Assembly (NCBI GenBank): GCA_964012805.1
Contig: CAXGUD010000022.1
Coordinates: forward strand, 10,773 to 74,772
Source: an uncultured Bacteriovoracaceae bacterium
GTDB lineage: Bacteria; Bdellovibrionota; Bacteriovoracia; Bacteriovoracales; Bacteriovoracaceae
Length of the DNA stretch: 64,000 bases
Direction: 5' to 3'
In this document: positions 8,399 to 18,588 of the stretch, one piece after another
How positions within the stretch are numbered: position 1 is the first letter of the stretch
How the letters are laid out: every line of letters starts with the position of its first letter
Position numbers and translations under genes: made by a program
Notes under the pieces: generated by a model
Told to the model about the DNA's origin: nothing
Databases searched by the model: none
What the model saw: only the letters and a program-made list of their open reading frames with translations

Positions 8399-10234
8399 AT
8401 GAACCTCTCACCTAAAAAAACAATCAGTGCGCTTTTTATAAAAAGAGTTGAGAAGCAAAAAAACCAAATAGCTATTGGTTCAATAAAAAATAAAAAACTA
8501 GATTTTATTACTTTTGAAAAGTATTACGATATAGTTGAGTGTATTTATTATGGTTTAAATAAGTCTGGATTAGAAATAGATGATAAAGTAGCGATTTTAT
8601 CTTCGACCTGTAAGGAATGGCATTTTTTTGACCTTGCTAATCTTTGTTCTGGTGCGACCGTTGTTCCTCTCTATCAGACATACAGGAATAAAGACATTAC
8701 TTACATCTTGAATCACTCTGAATCTAAATTTCTATTCTTAGAAAATGAAGAACAAGCAAAAAAAATAGTTTCCATTGAGACTGAACTTAAATTTCTAAAA
8801 TCTATAATTATTTTAAAAAAGTTAAAAAAACCTACCGAAATTTCTTTAAAGGAAAAATTCAGTATTATTTATTATGATGATCTTATAATAGAAGGTGTTC
8901 ATTTAAGAAATGATCGTCCAGGTATTTTTAGAGAAAAAAACTTGACTCTTGAAGAAGATAATATTGCAACAATTATTTACACATCAAAAACGACTGGCAA
9001 ACTTAAGGGATCAATGATCACTCAAAAAGCTCTTTTTTCAATGATTAAAAATATATCAAATACTTTAAACCATAATGTAAATAACGAAGATAGGACATTA
9101 ACATTCTTGCCCTTATCTCATGTGTTTGGAAGGTGTGACTCACTTCTTGCAATTGGGCTGGGAGTTCAAACCATCTATGCCCAGTCAATTAAAACTATTT
9201 TATCTGATGCACTTATTGCAAAGCCAACTATTATTATGGGAGTTCCAAGAGTTTTTGAAAAAATTTACTCTAGATTAAACAAAGATTTTTTTTCCCCAAA
9301 ACAATTCGCTCGCAAAAAGGTTTTTGACTTTATTAAAGAACGGACAACATCGTATTTTGAAAAAGTAGATGACGACCTATCACCTTCGATTTCTGAAATA
9401 AGCATAAAAAATTTTGGCTATCATATTATTTACTCCAAAGCCAGGAAAGCACTTGGAGGAAAAGTAAAGTTTGTAGTTTCTGGTGGAGCACCTTTAGCTT
9501 ATAACATTTCAAAAATGCTAAGAAATTCTAACATGACAGTCTTGGAGGGCTATGGCTTAACAGAAACAGCAGGCGCATGCTTTTTAAATCCTATTTCAAG
9601 GCAAATTGCTGGTACAGTAGGCGTGCCTCTTGGAGATGTTCAAGTAAAAATAGCCTCAGATGGTGAAATTCTTATTAAGTCAAATTGCCTTTTTTCAGGC
9701 TATTTTAAAGAAAAGGAACTAACTAAAAAAGCCTTTGTTGATGAATGGTTTAAAACTGGCGATATTGGTGAAATAAACTACGCTGGATATCTAAAAATAA
9801 AGGATCGTAAAAAAGATATTATTGTAAATTCTCTTGGAAAAAACATATCTCCTCAAAAAATTGAAACTCTTCTTAAGAGCGAAAAGTTTATTTCACATGC
9901 TTTCGTTATTTTAAATTCCTCTGGTGAAATAACTGCAATCTTGGCCCTTGAAAAAACATCCATTATTGACCTTCTTAACTCAAATACCCTCTCAAGGGAC
10001 AACTCCCTTCAAGAGATTTCTAAAAATGATGAAGTAAAAGCCTTAATCAAGGATAACATAAGAGAAACTAACGCATCGCTTCAGCCTCAGGAAAAGATCA
10101 AGAATGTTTCTATTTCCTCGGAGAACTTCTCAGTCGCATCGGGTCATTTAACAGCATCACAAAAACTCAAGCGAGATTGGCTTGCAGAGCACTATAAAGT
10201 GCTAATTAACTCGCCGCAAATAAAAATATTCTAG
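8399..10234 (+). CDS. Long-chain fatty acid--CoA ligase (AMP-dependent synthetase)
   Basis: YTSKTTGKLKG (A3 variant), FLPLSHV, EGYGLTE, FKTGDIG, DRKKDII, LTASQKLKR. Confidence 0.9.
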   Translation: MNLSPKKTISALFIKRVEKQKNQIAIGSIKNKKLDFITFEKYYDIVECIYYGLNKSGLEIDDKVAILSSTCKEWHFFDLANLCSGATVVPLYQTYRNKDITYILNHSESKFLFLENEEQAKKIVSIETELKFLKSIIILKKLKKPTEISLKEKFSIIYYDDLIIEGVHLRNDRPGIFREKNLTLEEDNIATIIYTSKTTGKLKGSMITQKALFSMIKNISNTLNHNVNNEDRTLTFLPLSHVFGRCDSLLAIGLGVQTIYAQSIKTILSDALIAKPTIIMGVPRVFEKIYSRLNKDFFSPKQFARKKVFDFIKERTTSYFEKVDDDLSPSISEISIKNFGYHIIYSKARKALGGKVKFVVSGGAPLAYNISKMLRNSNMTVLEGYGLTETAGACFLNPISRQIAGTVGVPLGDVQVKIASDGEILIKSNCLFSGYFKEKELTKKAFVDEWFKTGDIGEINYAGYLKIKDRKKDIIVNSLGKNISPQKIETLLKSEKFISHAFVILNSSGEITAILALEKTSIIDLLNSNTLSRDNSLQEISKNDEVKALIKDNIRETNASLQPQEKIKNVSISSENFSVASGHLTASQKLKRDWLAEHYKVLINSPQIKIF

Positions 10235-10318
10235 CTATCGTAAAATTAATTGATTTTGACAATATCTTTTGATTTAAATATATATGTGCCTTGAGCAAAA
10301 TTTATATGAGGGGATCAC

Positions 10319-10531
10319 ATGGCCAGAATAACAATTGAAGACTGTCTCGAAAAAGTAGAAAACCGCTACGAGCTTGTTCACCTTGCAGTTAAGAGAGTTA
10401 AACAAATTAAAGAAGGCTCAGACCTACTTGTAAAAAGTAAAAATAAAGAGGTTGTGACTGTGTTAAGAGAAATAGCTTCGGGTAAGGTTAGCCATGCTCC
10501 TGTAAGCGAATACGATGCTGACGAGTTCTAA
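10319..10531 (+). CDS. rpoZ: RNA polymerase omega subunit
   Basis: MARITIEDCLEKVENRYELVHLAVKR...LREIASG. Confidence 0.97.
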   Translation: MARITIEDCLEKVENRYELVHLAVKRVKQIKEGSDLLVKSKNKEVVTVLREIASGKVSHAPVSEYDADEF

Positions 10532-10559
10532 TCAATTTTAATAAATACCTTTAATATGG

Positions 10560-10585
10560 AAGGGAGTTACTTACTCCCTTTTTTT
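10560..10585 (+). terminator. Intrinsic terminator after rpoZ, at the convergent rpoZ/lon junction
   Basis: AAGGGAGT-tactt-ACTCCCTT followed by a T run. Confidence 0.8.
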
Positions 10586-13085
10586 ATTTTTTAGCAATAG
10601 CAATTTTTAAAACTTCATCGAAATGTTCCACAGGAAAAAAAGTAATACCCTTCCTGTGTCTATCTGGAACCTCTTTTAAATCCTTCTCATTTTTTTTCGG
10701 TAGGATTATCTTAGTAATTCCCGCACGCTTAGCTCCTAAAACTTTTTCTTTTATTCCTCCAACAGGGAGAACCTTACCAGTTAAACTTAACTCCCCTGTC
10801 ATGGCCAATCCTTCTTTTACCCTTTTATTGCTAGCAAGGCTATAAAGAGCCAGCGCCATGGTTATTCCAGCACTCGGCCCATCCTTTGGCGTTCCACCTG
10901 CTGGTAAATGGAGGTGAATTTCATGAGATGCTAAGTAATCTTCTGCCTCCTGTGCTTCTTCGACAGACAAATCTTCCTTTCCTGACACCTTTTTTCTACT
11001 TTCTACATCTAACTCATTTTGTAAGAGCTTTTTCACCAGGCTATAGGCAATATTAGCAGATTCATTCATCACCTCACCTAATTGCCCTGTTAATTTAAAC
11101 TCCCCTTTTCCTTTTAAGGGAAGAGTTTCAATAAATAATATTTCTCCGCCAAAAGCTGTCCAAGCTAAACCTGTTACCATCCCAGGTTTCATCCCTTTTT
11201 GAATGATATCAGACTGAAACTTAGGGCTTCCAAGTAGACTCTCCAACTTACCTTCATCTGGTAAAAACCTGTTGGGTTTCTTAGGCTTACTTACCTTTTC
11301 ATAAGCTGCTATTCTACAAAGTTTTGCAATATACTGCTCCATCATCCGAACACCAGGTTCACGAGCATAATCAGAGATAAGTTTTTTGATAGTTTTTTGA
11401 TTGAGAGAGAAATCATTTTTCTCTAAACCATGCTTTTTAAGTTGCCTAGGGACAACCCATTTGGTCGCGATTGAAACTTTTTCCTCCAAAGTATAACCAC
11501 TTAATTCGATAACCTCCATTCTATCAATTAAAGGCTCTGGAATAGCTTCTGTATAATTTGCTGTAGCAATAAATAGAACTTTAGATAAATCAAATGGAAC
11601 ATCTAGGTAGTTATCAATAAAAGATGAGTTTTGCTCTGGGTCTAGGACTTCTAGCAATGCAGAGGCTGGGTCGCCCTGGAAAGACTGACCCATCTTATCA
11701 ATCTCATCTAGCATTATGACGGGGTTATTAACATCAACTCTTTTTAAAGCTTGAATAATCTTTCCAGGCATTGAGCCAACATACGTTCTTCTATGGCCCT
11801 TTATTTCAGCCTCGTCCCTAATACCTCCGAGACTAAATCTATAAAACTTTCTTCCCAAAGACTGGGCTATACTCTTGCCTAAAGAAGTCTTACCTACGCC
11901 GGGAGGGCCAGCTAAACACAATATTGTTCCATCATACTGAGGTTTTAGCTTTCTTACAGCCAAAAACTCTAGGATCCTTTCTTTCGCTTTTTCTAAACCA
12001 AAATGGTCTCTATTTAGAATCTTTTTAGAGTCTAAAATATTAATTTCCTCTTCAGTTTCCTTACTCCAAGGCAAGTCAAGCATCCAAGTTAGATAGGTTC
12101 TAGATACATTATATTCTGGACTGCTATCAGGTATCACTTCAAGACGGTCCATTTCTTCTTCTATAGCCTTTTGGGCCAGCTCAGGCAGTCCTATTTTTCC
12201 AAGCCTAAGTCTCATTTTTTTGATTTCCCTAGTCTTATCATCTTCCTCCATACCAAGTTCAGACCTAATCACCTTAAGCTGCTCTTTTAAAAAATATTCT
12301 CTTTGATACTTGTTAACTTTATCGTTAACCTCATCTGATATTTTTTTCTGAATGTCGGCAACATCTTTTTCTCTTTTTAAATAAACTAAAAGTTTTGCAA
12401 ACCTTTTTTTAACAACCAAAGTCTCGAGAAAGTCTTGCGCTTCGGGAATGTCTAAAGATAAGGCAAAGGCGACAAGGTCCGCTAGAGCTCCTGGAGAGGG
12501 AGAATTAAGCATGGCCAGCTTCATCTCTTCGTTAAAATAAGGATTGATTTCACTAAGTTTTTTTACTTGGTTTATCACTGACCTTGTATAAGCATCAAGC
12601 TCCTCATCAGCTTCCAAAATATCGTCAAAAACCTCAATTTTAGACATAAGAAGTGGTGCTTCAGAAAGTATCTCAGCTGCTCTGTACCTTTTTACACCAT
12701 GAACCAAAATATTTACGGACCCATCTGGTAATTTTAGCTTTTTAACTACTTTGCAGATAACTCCAACCTTATAAATATCCTTAGACGATATCTCTCTTTC
12801 ATCAAAACCCAAGTCATCTTCATCAATATCATCATCACCAAATGGAGCCTCTTCGCCCTCACCTTCAGAATAATCCGACTTAACCAGATTGAGAGCAACA
12901 AAACCAGCTTTCATCAAGTGGTTATCTAGTTCTTGAGTAAACTTTTCTTCTGATAAAATGATCGGGGCTATCATTCCTGGAAAAATGGGTGAGTTCATTA
13001 TAGGTATTATAAGAACTTCAGGAGGAAAGTTTTCCTGATCCTTATTTTCTTTAATTTCAATTTGGTACTCCTCCAACTCAGCCAT
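10584..13085 (-). CDS. lon: ATP-dependent Lon protease
   Basis: GPPGVGKTS, RRTYVGSMPG, LDEIDK, PKDGPSAG (catalytic Ser), GGIKEK (catalytic Lys). Confidence 0.99.
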   Translation of the reverse strand: MAELEEYQIEIKENKDQENFPPEVLIIPIMNSPIFPGMIAPIILSEEKFTQELDNHLMKAGFVALNLVKSDYSEGEGEEAPFGDDDIDEDDLGFDEREISSKDIYKVGVICKVVKKLKLPDGSVNILVHGVKRYRAAEILSEAPLLMSKIEVFDDILEADEELDAYTRSVINQVKKLSEINPYFNEEMKLAMLNSPSPGALADLVAFALSLDIPEAQDFLETLVVKKRFAKLLVYLKREKDVADIQKKISDEVNDKVNKYQREYFLKEQLKVIRSELGMEEDDKTREIKKMRLRLGKIGLPELAQKAIEEEMDRLEVIPDSSPEYNVSRTYLTWMLDLPWSKETEEEINILDSKKILNRDHFGLEKAKERILEFLAVRKLKPQYDGTILCLAGPPGVGKTSLGKSIAQSLGRKFYRFSLGGIRDEAEIKGHRRTYVGSMPGKIIQALKRVDVNNPVIMLDEIDKMGQSFQGDPASALLEVLDPEQNSSFIDNYLDVPFDLSKVLFIATANYTEAIPEPLIDRMEVIELSGYTLEEKVSIATKWVVPRQLKKHGLEKNDFSLNQKTIKKLISDYAREPGVRMMEQYIAKLCRIAAYEKVSKPKKPNRFLPDEGKLESLLGSPKFQSDIIQKGMKPGMVTGLAWTAFGGEILFIETLPLKGKGEFKLTGQLGEVMNESANIAYSLVKKLLQNELDVESRKKVSGKEDLSVEEAQEAEDYLASHEIHLHLPAGGTPKDGPSAGITMALALYSLASNKRVKEGLAMTGELSLTGKVLPVGGIKEKVLGAKRAGITKIILPKKNEKDLKEVPDRHRKGITFFPVEHFDEVLKIAIAKK

Positions 13086-13161
13086 TTTTTACTCCAAGAT
13101 TCTAGGATCAATACATTTTTTTAAAACAATGAGCCTAACCTGGCCATTAAATTTTAACTCA

Positions 13162-13644
13162 TCAAACTTTAATATCTATTACAAGACGGGCTGGTGAATT
13201 TAAGTAAAAAATTTCAGCTCTTACAGCTTTTTTGAAGAGGATTTCCATAGAAAGAAACTCTTTGCTTAAAGGGTAAAACTTAAATGCCTTAACGAAGTTA
13301 CTTACACCAAATGATCCAACATTCTTATTTAACGACGTTTTAAAGAAGTCTAACGACAACTTCTTTTCATTACTTGAAAAATGTCCATAGACTTTGGGCA
13401 GTTTTTTGGAAGAAAAGTCTACCACAATCCTCTCGTAGCCTCTTTTCTTAGAATAAGAGTGACGCATCGCCTTAACTCTTGAAGTTGAGGAGGACTCTTT
13501 GTGAAAAATACCTTCATTAAAAAATAAAAACTTTTTCCTACCCACAATTTCTCTTATCCTTAAATCAAGAAGGTTTTGAGAAAAAACCGAAGGAATATAA
13601 AAAACAAGTATGCAAAATATTGAAAATTTCATAGGCAGCCCCAC
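13162..13644 (-). CDS. Secreted AMIN-like domain protein
   Basis: Signal peptide; YERIVVDF and FYLNSPARLVIDI are AMIN-like signatures. Confidence 0.6.
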   Translation of the reverse strand: MGLPMKFSIFCILVFYIPSVFSQNLLDLRIREIVGRKKFLFFNEGIFHKESSSTSRVKAMRHSYSKKRGYERIVVDFSSKKLPKVYGHFSSNEKKLSLDFFKTSLNKNVGSFGVSNFVKAFKFYPLSKEFLSMEILFKKAVRAEIFYLNSPARLVIDIKV

Positions 13645-13726
13645 GTACGTTTTTTATCTTATGACTATTGTAGCATGGACTTTTGAATCAGATATTTGTT
13701 TTATTTTATAAAAAGGAACTTAATAT

Positions 13727-14458
13727 TTACAGTCTTTTCCTATGAATAACCTTATAACAACCTAAAAGACTAAAAACTAAAACTAACCAAAAAATATGGT
13801 TATCCTCGCTTTTCTCCACTTCTTCCTCTATATTAGAAGCAGGTAGACGACCTGTTCTTCTGTTCCTTTCACTTTTTGCAATTTTTTTTATGAAGTATTT
13901 ATTAACATTGAAATCTACAAAACCCTCTTTATAAAGATCTTCAGCCTTTTTCTTAAAACCATTGTTATAAGAGAAGCTAAGTCTATCTCCCTGAGCCATC
14001 AGAGATTTAAAACTTACATCACCCTTATTATATTTAACGCTAAATATCCCTTCTACAGGGTTATTAAAAAAGAAACCTTCACTCTGCTTTTGTAAAAATA
14101 TCAAATAATCCTTACCTTTTTTTAGATTGAGGTCTTTAAAGTTTGTTGTTGCAGTGCCCAACCAAACACCCCCAACTAAAAATACTTTGAAGTTATTTTT
14201 ATTAAGCACATCGTCATTTTTTAGCCCTATAGATTTTTTTATTCTAAAAGAGTATTCGGTAACAACTTTTTTCCCGTGCAATCTCTTATAAACCTTTGAG
14301 CTGAATGAACCCAGGATAATACTTGTAGAGCTGCTAATCTGACTTTCAACTATAGGCTCCAACTCATTTGCCATCGTTTGCGAATGATCCCTCAATCTAG
14401 AAAACACAACAGAGGAAACTAATAATATAAAGAACCAAATTTTGAAATTAATGGTCAT
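13727..14458 (-). CDS. Exported protein with C-terminal TM anchor and RLPAS motif
   Basis: N-terminal signal sequence; C-terminus RLPAS-acidic linker-HIFWLVLVFSLLGCY-KVIHRKRL. Confidence 0.65.
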   Translation of the reverse strand: MTINFKIWFFILLVSSVVFSRLRDHSQTMANELEPIVESQISSSTSIILGSFSSKVYKRLHGKKVVTEYSFRIKKSIGLKNDDVLNKNNFKVFLVGGVWLGTATTNFKDLNLKKGKDYLIFLQKQSEGFFFNNPVEGIFSVKYNKGDVSFKSLMAQGDRLSFSYNNGFKKKAEDLYKEGFVDFNVNKYFIKKIAKSERNRRTGRLPASNIEEEVEKSEDNHIFWLVLVFSLLGCYKVIHRKRL

Positions 14459-14483
14459 GAAAACCTCTAATGTTGCAGAGGTT

Positions 14484-14510
14484 TTATCGGTTATTTCAGA
14501 CCAATCTGAA
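14484..14510 (-). promoter_or_regulatory. Putative sigma28 (FliA)-type promoter
   Basis: Minus strand TTCA-N15-ACCGATAA against consensus TAAA-N15-GCCGATAA; the -35 is weak. Confidence 0.5.
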
Positions 14511-14621
14511 GTTTTTCTATTCGTTAGCTCTTTATTGAAGTGAAGTAATGGCTAAATCTCTAAATAAAAATAATTTATGAGATTAATTAAGCCTCAAGGG
14601 TTTTGTGCTTGTGATGAAGGC

Positions 14622-14656
14622 AAAAAAAAAGCAAGCCAAAGGCTTGCTTTTTTTTT
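14622..14656. terminator. Intrinsic terminator of rplM-rpsI (symmetrical)
   Basis: A9-GCAAGCC-aaa-GGCTTGC-T9. Confidence 0.92.
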
Positions 14657-14676
14657 CGTGAATTATGTAACTAAAA

Positions 14677-15090
14677 TTATCTTTTAGAAAATTGAAATCT
14701 AGCTCTAGCGCCTCTAAGACCAGGTTTCTTTCTCTCAACCTTTCTTGGGTCTCTAGTTAGAAAACCTGCCTTCTTAAGCTCGCCCCTTACATTCGGGTCT
14801 AACTCAACAAGAGCTCTAGCGATACCAAGCCTTATAGCCCCAGCTTGGCCTGTAGTTCCGCCGCCTTTAACATTAATATTAAAGTCATACTTGTCAGATA
14901 ACTTAAGCAATAAAAGAGGCTGGTTTACAACATAGCGGTTAGTTGCTTTAGGAAAATAACTCCTAATATCTCTCTTATTAATAACAATTTTTCCTGTTCC
15001 CTCAGCTAGATACACTCTAGCAACAGAGCTCTTTCTTCTTCCAAGCCCGTTTGAAACATATGCTTTAGATTCTTTTTCTTTTGCAGCCAT
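14677..15090 (-). CDS. rpsI: 30S ribosomal protein S9
   Basis: [44 protein letters not shown]. Confidence 0.99.
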   Translation of the reverse strand: MAAKEKESKAYVSNGLGRRKSSVARVYLAEGTGKIVINKRDIRSYFPKATNRYVVNQPLLLLKLSDKYDFNINVKGGGTTGQAGAIRLGIARALVELDPNVRGELKKAGFLTRDPRKVERKKPGLRGARARFQFSKR

Positions 15091-15107
15091 AACCTATTCA
15101 CCCTCTA

Positions 15108-15551
15108 TTAAGATTTTATTTCATATAACTCTGGTTTTTGAGCTTCGTGACCATGATTTTCGCCTGCAAAAACCTTCAATTTTGTTAATTGCTTTCTACC
15201 TAAGGTATTCTTAGGTAACATCCCTTTTACAGCACTCATAAGTATCGCCTCAGGCTTCCTTTCTAACTGCTCTTTTGCAGTTCTAACCTTTAGCTCACCT
15301 ACATAACCTGAGTGTCTATAATATTTTTTATTATCCCACTTTCTCCCAGTAAAACTCACTTTTTCAGCATTAATAACAACAACAAAATCACCAGAGTCTG
15401 TATTAGGAGTATATGTTGCCTTTCCCTTCCCACGAAGAAGATTGGCTATTTCAGTCGCTATACGACCAACATTTTTTCCATTAGCATCTATTAAGTGCCA
15501 CTTTTTTTCAGCTTCTGAGGGCTTTAAAACAAAACTTTTTTGAACATACAT
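15108..15551 (-). CDS. rplM: 50S ribosomal protein L13
   Basis: WHLIDA, YTPNTDSGDFVVVINAEKV, AVKGMLPK, HEAQKP. Confidence 0.99.
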   Translation of the reverse strand: MYVQKSFVLKPSEAEKKWHLIDANGKNVGRIATEIANLLRGKGKATYTPNTDSGDFVVVINAEKVSFTGRKWDNKKYYRHSGYVGELKVRTAKEQLERKPEAILMSAVKGMLPKNTLGRKQLTKLKVFAGENHGHEAQKPELYEIKS

Positions 15552-15696
15552 AATAACCTTCCAACAAAATAAATCTTATTGAGACCTTATAAATCCCCAT
15601 TCTAAGAGTTAAGTACAACAGAGAACTTATATAAGATTAAGAAAGGAGTCGTCAAGGCGTAGCAATAAAGGAAAGGCCTTAAAATAACCAGATCTT

Positions 15697-18588
15697 TTAA
15701 AAAAAGCCAATTGATAAGTGAAACCTACCCAGTTCTTCTCTCTGACCATCAGACAAATCCTTTCTATTTAACTTAAAACCGTAGTCAAAGTCTAAGGACC
15801 CCACAGGAGTAAGAAGTTTGGCACCAAGCCCCACACCAAAACGCATAGCAAAAAAATTAAACTTACCTACATAGAGACGCCCCCCGTCAACAAAAAGAGA
15901 GGCGGCGAACCTGTCATTAAAGTAATAACGTGGCTCAAACTTAACATTAGAGAAGTAAGCCCTATCTCTTAAAATAACTTCACCAATGTTTTTTCCGGAC
16001 TCAAGTCTGTTTATTTCATTTAGTGAAAAGCCTCTAACACTATCAACACCACTCAAACTAAAGACTTTTATTGACGGAATAAAACCCATTAATTTGTACT
16101 GACCATCTTCCTCATCAATTACGGGTTTCCCATCTGCTCCAAAATAGATATTAGTCGCTAAGTTTTTCTGAAACCCAAAAGATGCAGAAAAAGCATATAC
16201 AAGGTTCCCTCTATTTATATAATACCTATTTCGTGATGTTAACTTTATGTAATTAACTTCCTCCCCTGCAGTTTTAGTGGAAAAGAAAGTCGGCGAAGCA
16301 TACTCCAGACTCAAACCAAAAATACCACCTTCTCTAGTATTAATTTTGGTTTTTCTAAAATCATAGGAAATGGAAGGCGTGAGGGACCCAATCGTTACAT
16401 TTCCCTGATCCTTAAGAAGAGTCGCATCAAATTGCTTAATGGCTTCTAGCTGATATTTAAGAGAATAGGATAACTTAGAGCTCAATACTTTATTTACCTG
16501 TAGTGATGTTTTAAGAAAGTCAGCATCAAACCCCCTTTGCCTTTTTCTAGAAGCCACCATAACCCCTTCGAACTCCAAAGGTGTATTTAAAAAATAAGGC
16601 TCAAAGAATGATGCTTTTAAAGAGAACTCTAAAAGCCTTTTTTCCTCTTTAAAGCGCCTAGAATCTAGGTTATTAAAATCAAGCCTCTGGTTTGTTTGAG
16701 CCTTCATAATAAGGCTTCTATTCATTCCCTGAAAATTTGAAAACTTTAATTCGGAAGATAACTTAACACCTATATCTGTCCTATAACCTGGAGCCAAAGT
16801 TAGTTGAATAGAGTCTTCTTCCTTAACGGAAATAACAAGGTCAACTGGTATTGAACCATCTTTATTAATCTTTCCTATTTCAAATGGAGTCACTGTTACA
16901 GCGGAAAATATACCAAGAGATGATAGGTTTTCCTTAATCGACTTAATTAAAATAGGAGTAACTAACCCTCCTTTTTCAAGATTAATTTCCCTTAGAATAA
17001 CTTCTTTCTTCGTTTTTCTGTTTCCTGTAATCAAGACTCGGTCAAAAACAGTTTTTTTACCTAAATCTATGCTCAAGTTGATAGTAGCTTCTTGATAATT
17101 TTTTTGATAGGTGACTAGATTTTTAAGATTTAGATTTTTAATTTTAGCAAAGAAATACCCTTCTCCTTTAATAATTTTTAATATTTTAGAAAGGTCATTT
17201 TTTATTTCTACTATATTAATAGGCTTCCCAACTTTATTAGATATTTCTTTAAATATAATTTTATTTAATTTATTTGTGATTTTATTTATATTAAACTTTT
17301 TTAAAATGATTTGATTTCCTTCTCTAATATTATAAGAGACAGAAACAGTGTTATTCCTCCTGTTAAAAATTAAAAGAGGGCTTGAAACACTAACAAAAAG
17401 TCTCCCTCTCCTGTAGTAATCTTCTTTAAGAATATCGATAAAACTTTGAAGATACTTCTTGTCTAGAAAATTTCCTTTAATCAGAGGTGTGCCATTTTTA
17501 AAAAATAAATCAGAAATAACATTTTGCTTTAAGTCTTTAGACCCAGAAAATTTAATATTATCAAGCTTTACTTTTTTACCTTCATTTATATAACAGAAGA
17601 AACTGTTAACACTTAAACCTTCTTTAGTTTTACCTTTCCTCAAACTGATTGTTATATCGGAATTGTAGATACCGCTTTCCTCATAAAGATTTGAAATCAC
17701 CTTTTTTAAAGCACTTAAACCTATTTCCTTCCTTGATTTGCTAACAATTTGTTCAATTGATCCTAGAATTTGACTTCTGTTCAAATATTTATTCCCCTGA
17801 AAATAGAACACTCGCTTTCCCCCCAAGTGTCCTTTAAGAGTGATAAAAACCTTTGACTGGTCATAGTTGTAGTAAATTTTTTTAATAGAGATTGAAAAGT
17901 TATAAAAACCCTTTGAAAAAAAGTCTTTCGTTATTTTCTCTAAAAATATTTTGAACTTTATCGAATCCCATCTCTTACCAATCCATTTTTTAAAACTCTT
18001 GTTTAAAATATTTTTTTCTTTATCATTTATTTCAATATTTATTTTTGAGATCTCTATTTCTTTCCCAAGTATAATTTTAAAATCTAAGTCCACCGTATTC
18101 TTATTTCTTTTTATCGTTGGCTCAACTTTAGTGCCTCGGTAACCTTTTTCTACAAATATATTAAGGATTTGACTTACAGAATCAACAAGAAGCTTCTTAC
18201 TAAAAAAGCTAGATTTCTTAAAAGGTATTGTCTTAAAAATTGATTTTTCGAAATCAACCATACTAGGAGGTGAAACAGATATTTTTCCTATTTTTCTTTT
18301 ACTTTTTAAATGCACATTAATTACATTCTTATTTTTAAATTCAAAAACTTCATAATAAAAGCTCTCAATATCCTCGTTCATCAGCCATGTACGAAACATT
18401 CTTTTTAAGTTTTTGACTTCGACTTTATTCAAAAGAAGTTTTTCAATTTTTACCTTAAAAGATTGACAAGTATTCTCGACCTGGCAAAAAACATTCACCT
18501 TTTCAATATACCTAGGCTTAGAAAAGCAGTTAAAGCTTAACAGCGCTAGACTAAAATAAATAAGCAACACGCAAAATAAACGCTTCAT
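15697..18588 (-). CDS. Omp85-family outer-membrane protein (TamA/BamA-like, several POTRA domains)
   Basis: POTRA repeats (ITGNRKTKKEVILREI), VRGF loop-6 motif, TPVGSLDFDYG, terminal Phe; coupled to tamB. Confidence 0.9.
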   Translation of the reverse strand: MKRLFCVLLIYFSLALLSFNCFSKPRYIEKVNVFCQVENTCQSFKVKIEKLLLNKVEVKNLKRMFRTWLMNEDIESFYYEVFEFKNKNVINVHLKSKRKIGKISVSPPSMVDFEKSIFKTIPFKKSSFFSKKLLVDSVSQILNIFVEKGYRGTKVEPTIKRNKNTVDLDFKIILGKEIEISKINIEINDKEKNILNKSFKKWIGKRWDSIKFKIFLEKITKDFFSKGFYNFSISIKKIYYNYDQSKVFITLKGHLGGKRVFYFQGNKYLNRSQILGSIEQIVSKSRKEIGLSALKKVISNLYEESGIYNSDITISLRKGKTKEGLSVNSFFCYINEGKKVKLDNIKFSGSKDLKQNVISDLFFKNGTPLIKGNFLDKKYLQSFIDILKEDYYRRGRLFVSVSSPLLIFNRRNNTVSVSYNIREGNQIILKKFNINKITNKLNKIIFKEISNKVGKPINIVEIKNDLSKILKIIKGEGYFFAKIKNLNLKNLVTYQKNYQEATINLSIDLGKKTVFDRVLITGNRKTKKEVILREINLEKGGLVTPILIKSIKENLSSLGIFSAVTVTPFEIGKINKDGSIPVDLVISVKEEDSIQLTLAPGYRTDIGVKLSSELKFSNFQGMNRSLIMKAQTNQRLDFNNLDSRRFKEEKRLLEFSLKASFFEPYFLNTPLEFEGVMVASRKRQRGFDADFLKTSLQVNKVLSSKLSYSLKYQLEAIKQFDATLLKDQGNVTIGSLTPSISYDFRKTKINTREGGIFGLSLEYASPTFFSTKTAGEEVNYIKLTSRNRYYINRGNLVYAFSASFGFQKNLATNIYFGADGKPVIDEEDGQYKLMGFIPSIKVFSLSGVDSVRGFSLNEINRLESGKNIGEVILRDRAYFSNVKFEPRYYFNDRFAASLFVDGGRLYVGKFNFFAMRFGVGLGAKLLTPVGSLDFDYGFKLNRKDLSDGQREELGRFHLSIGFF

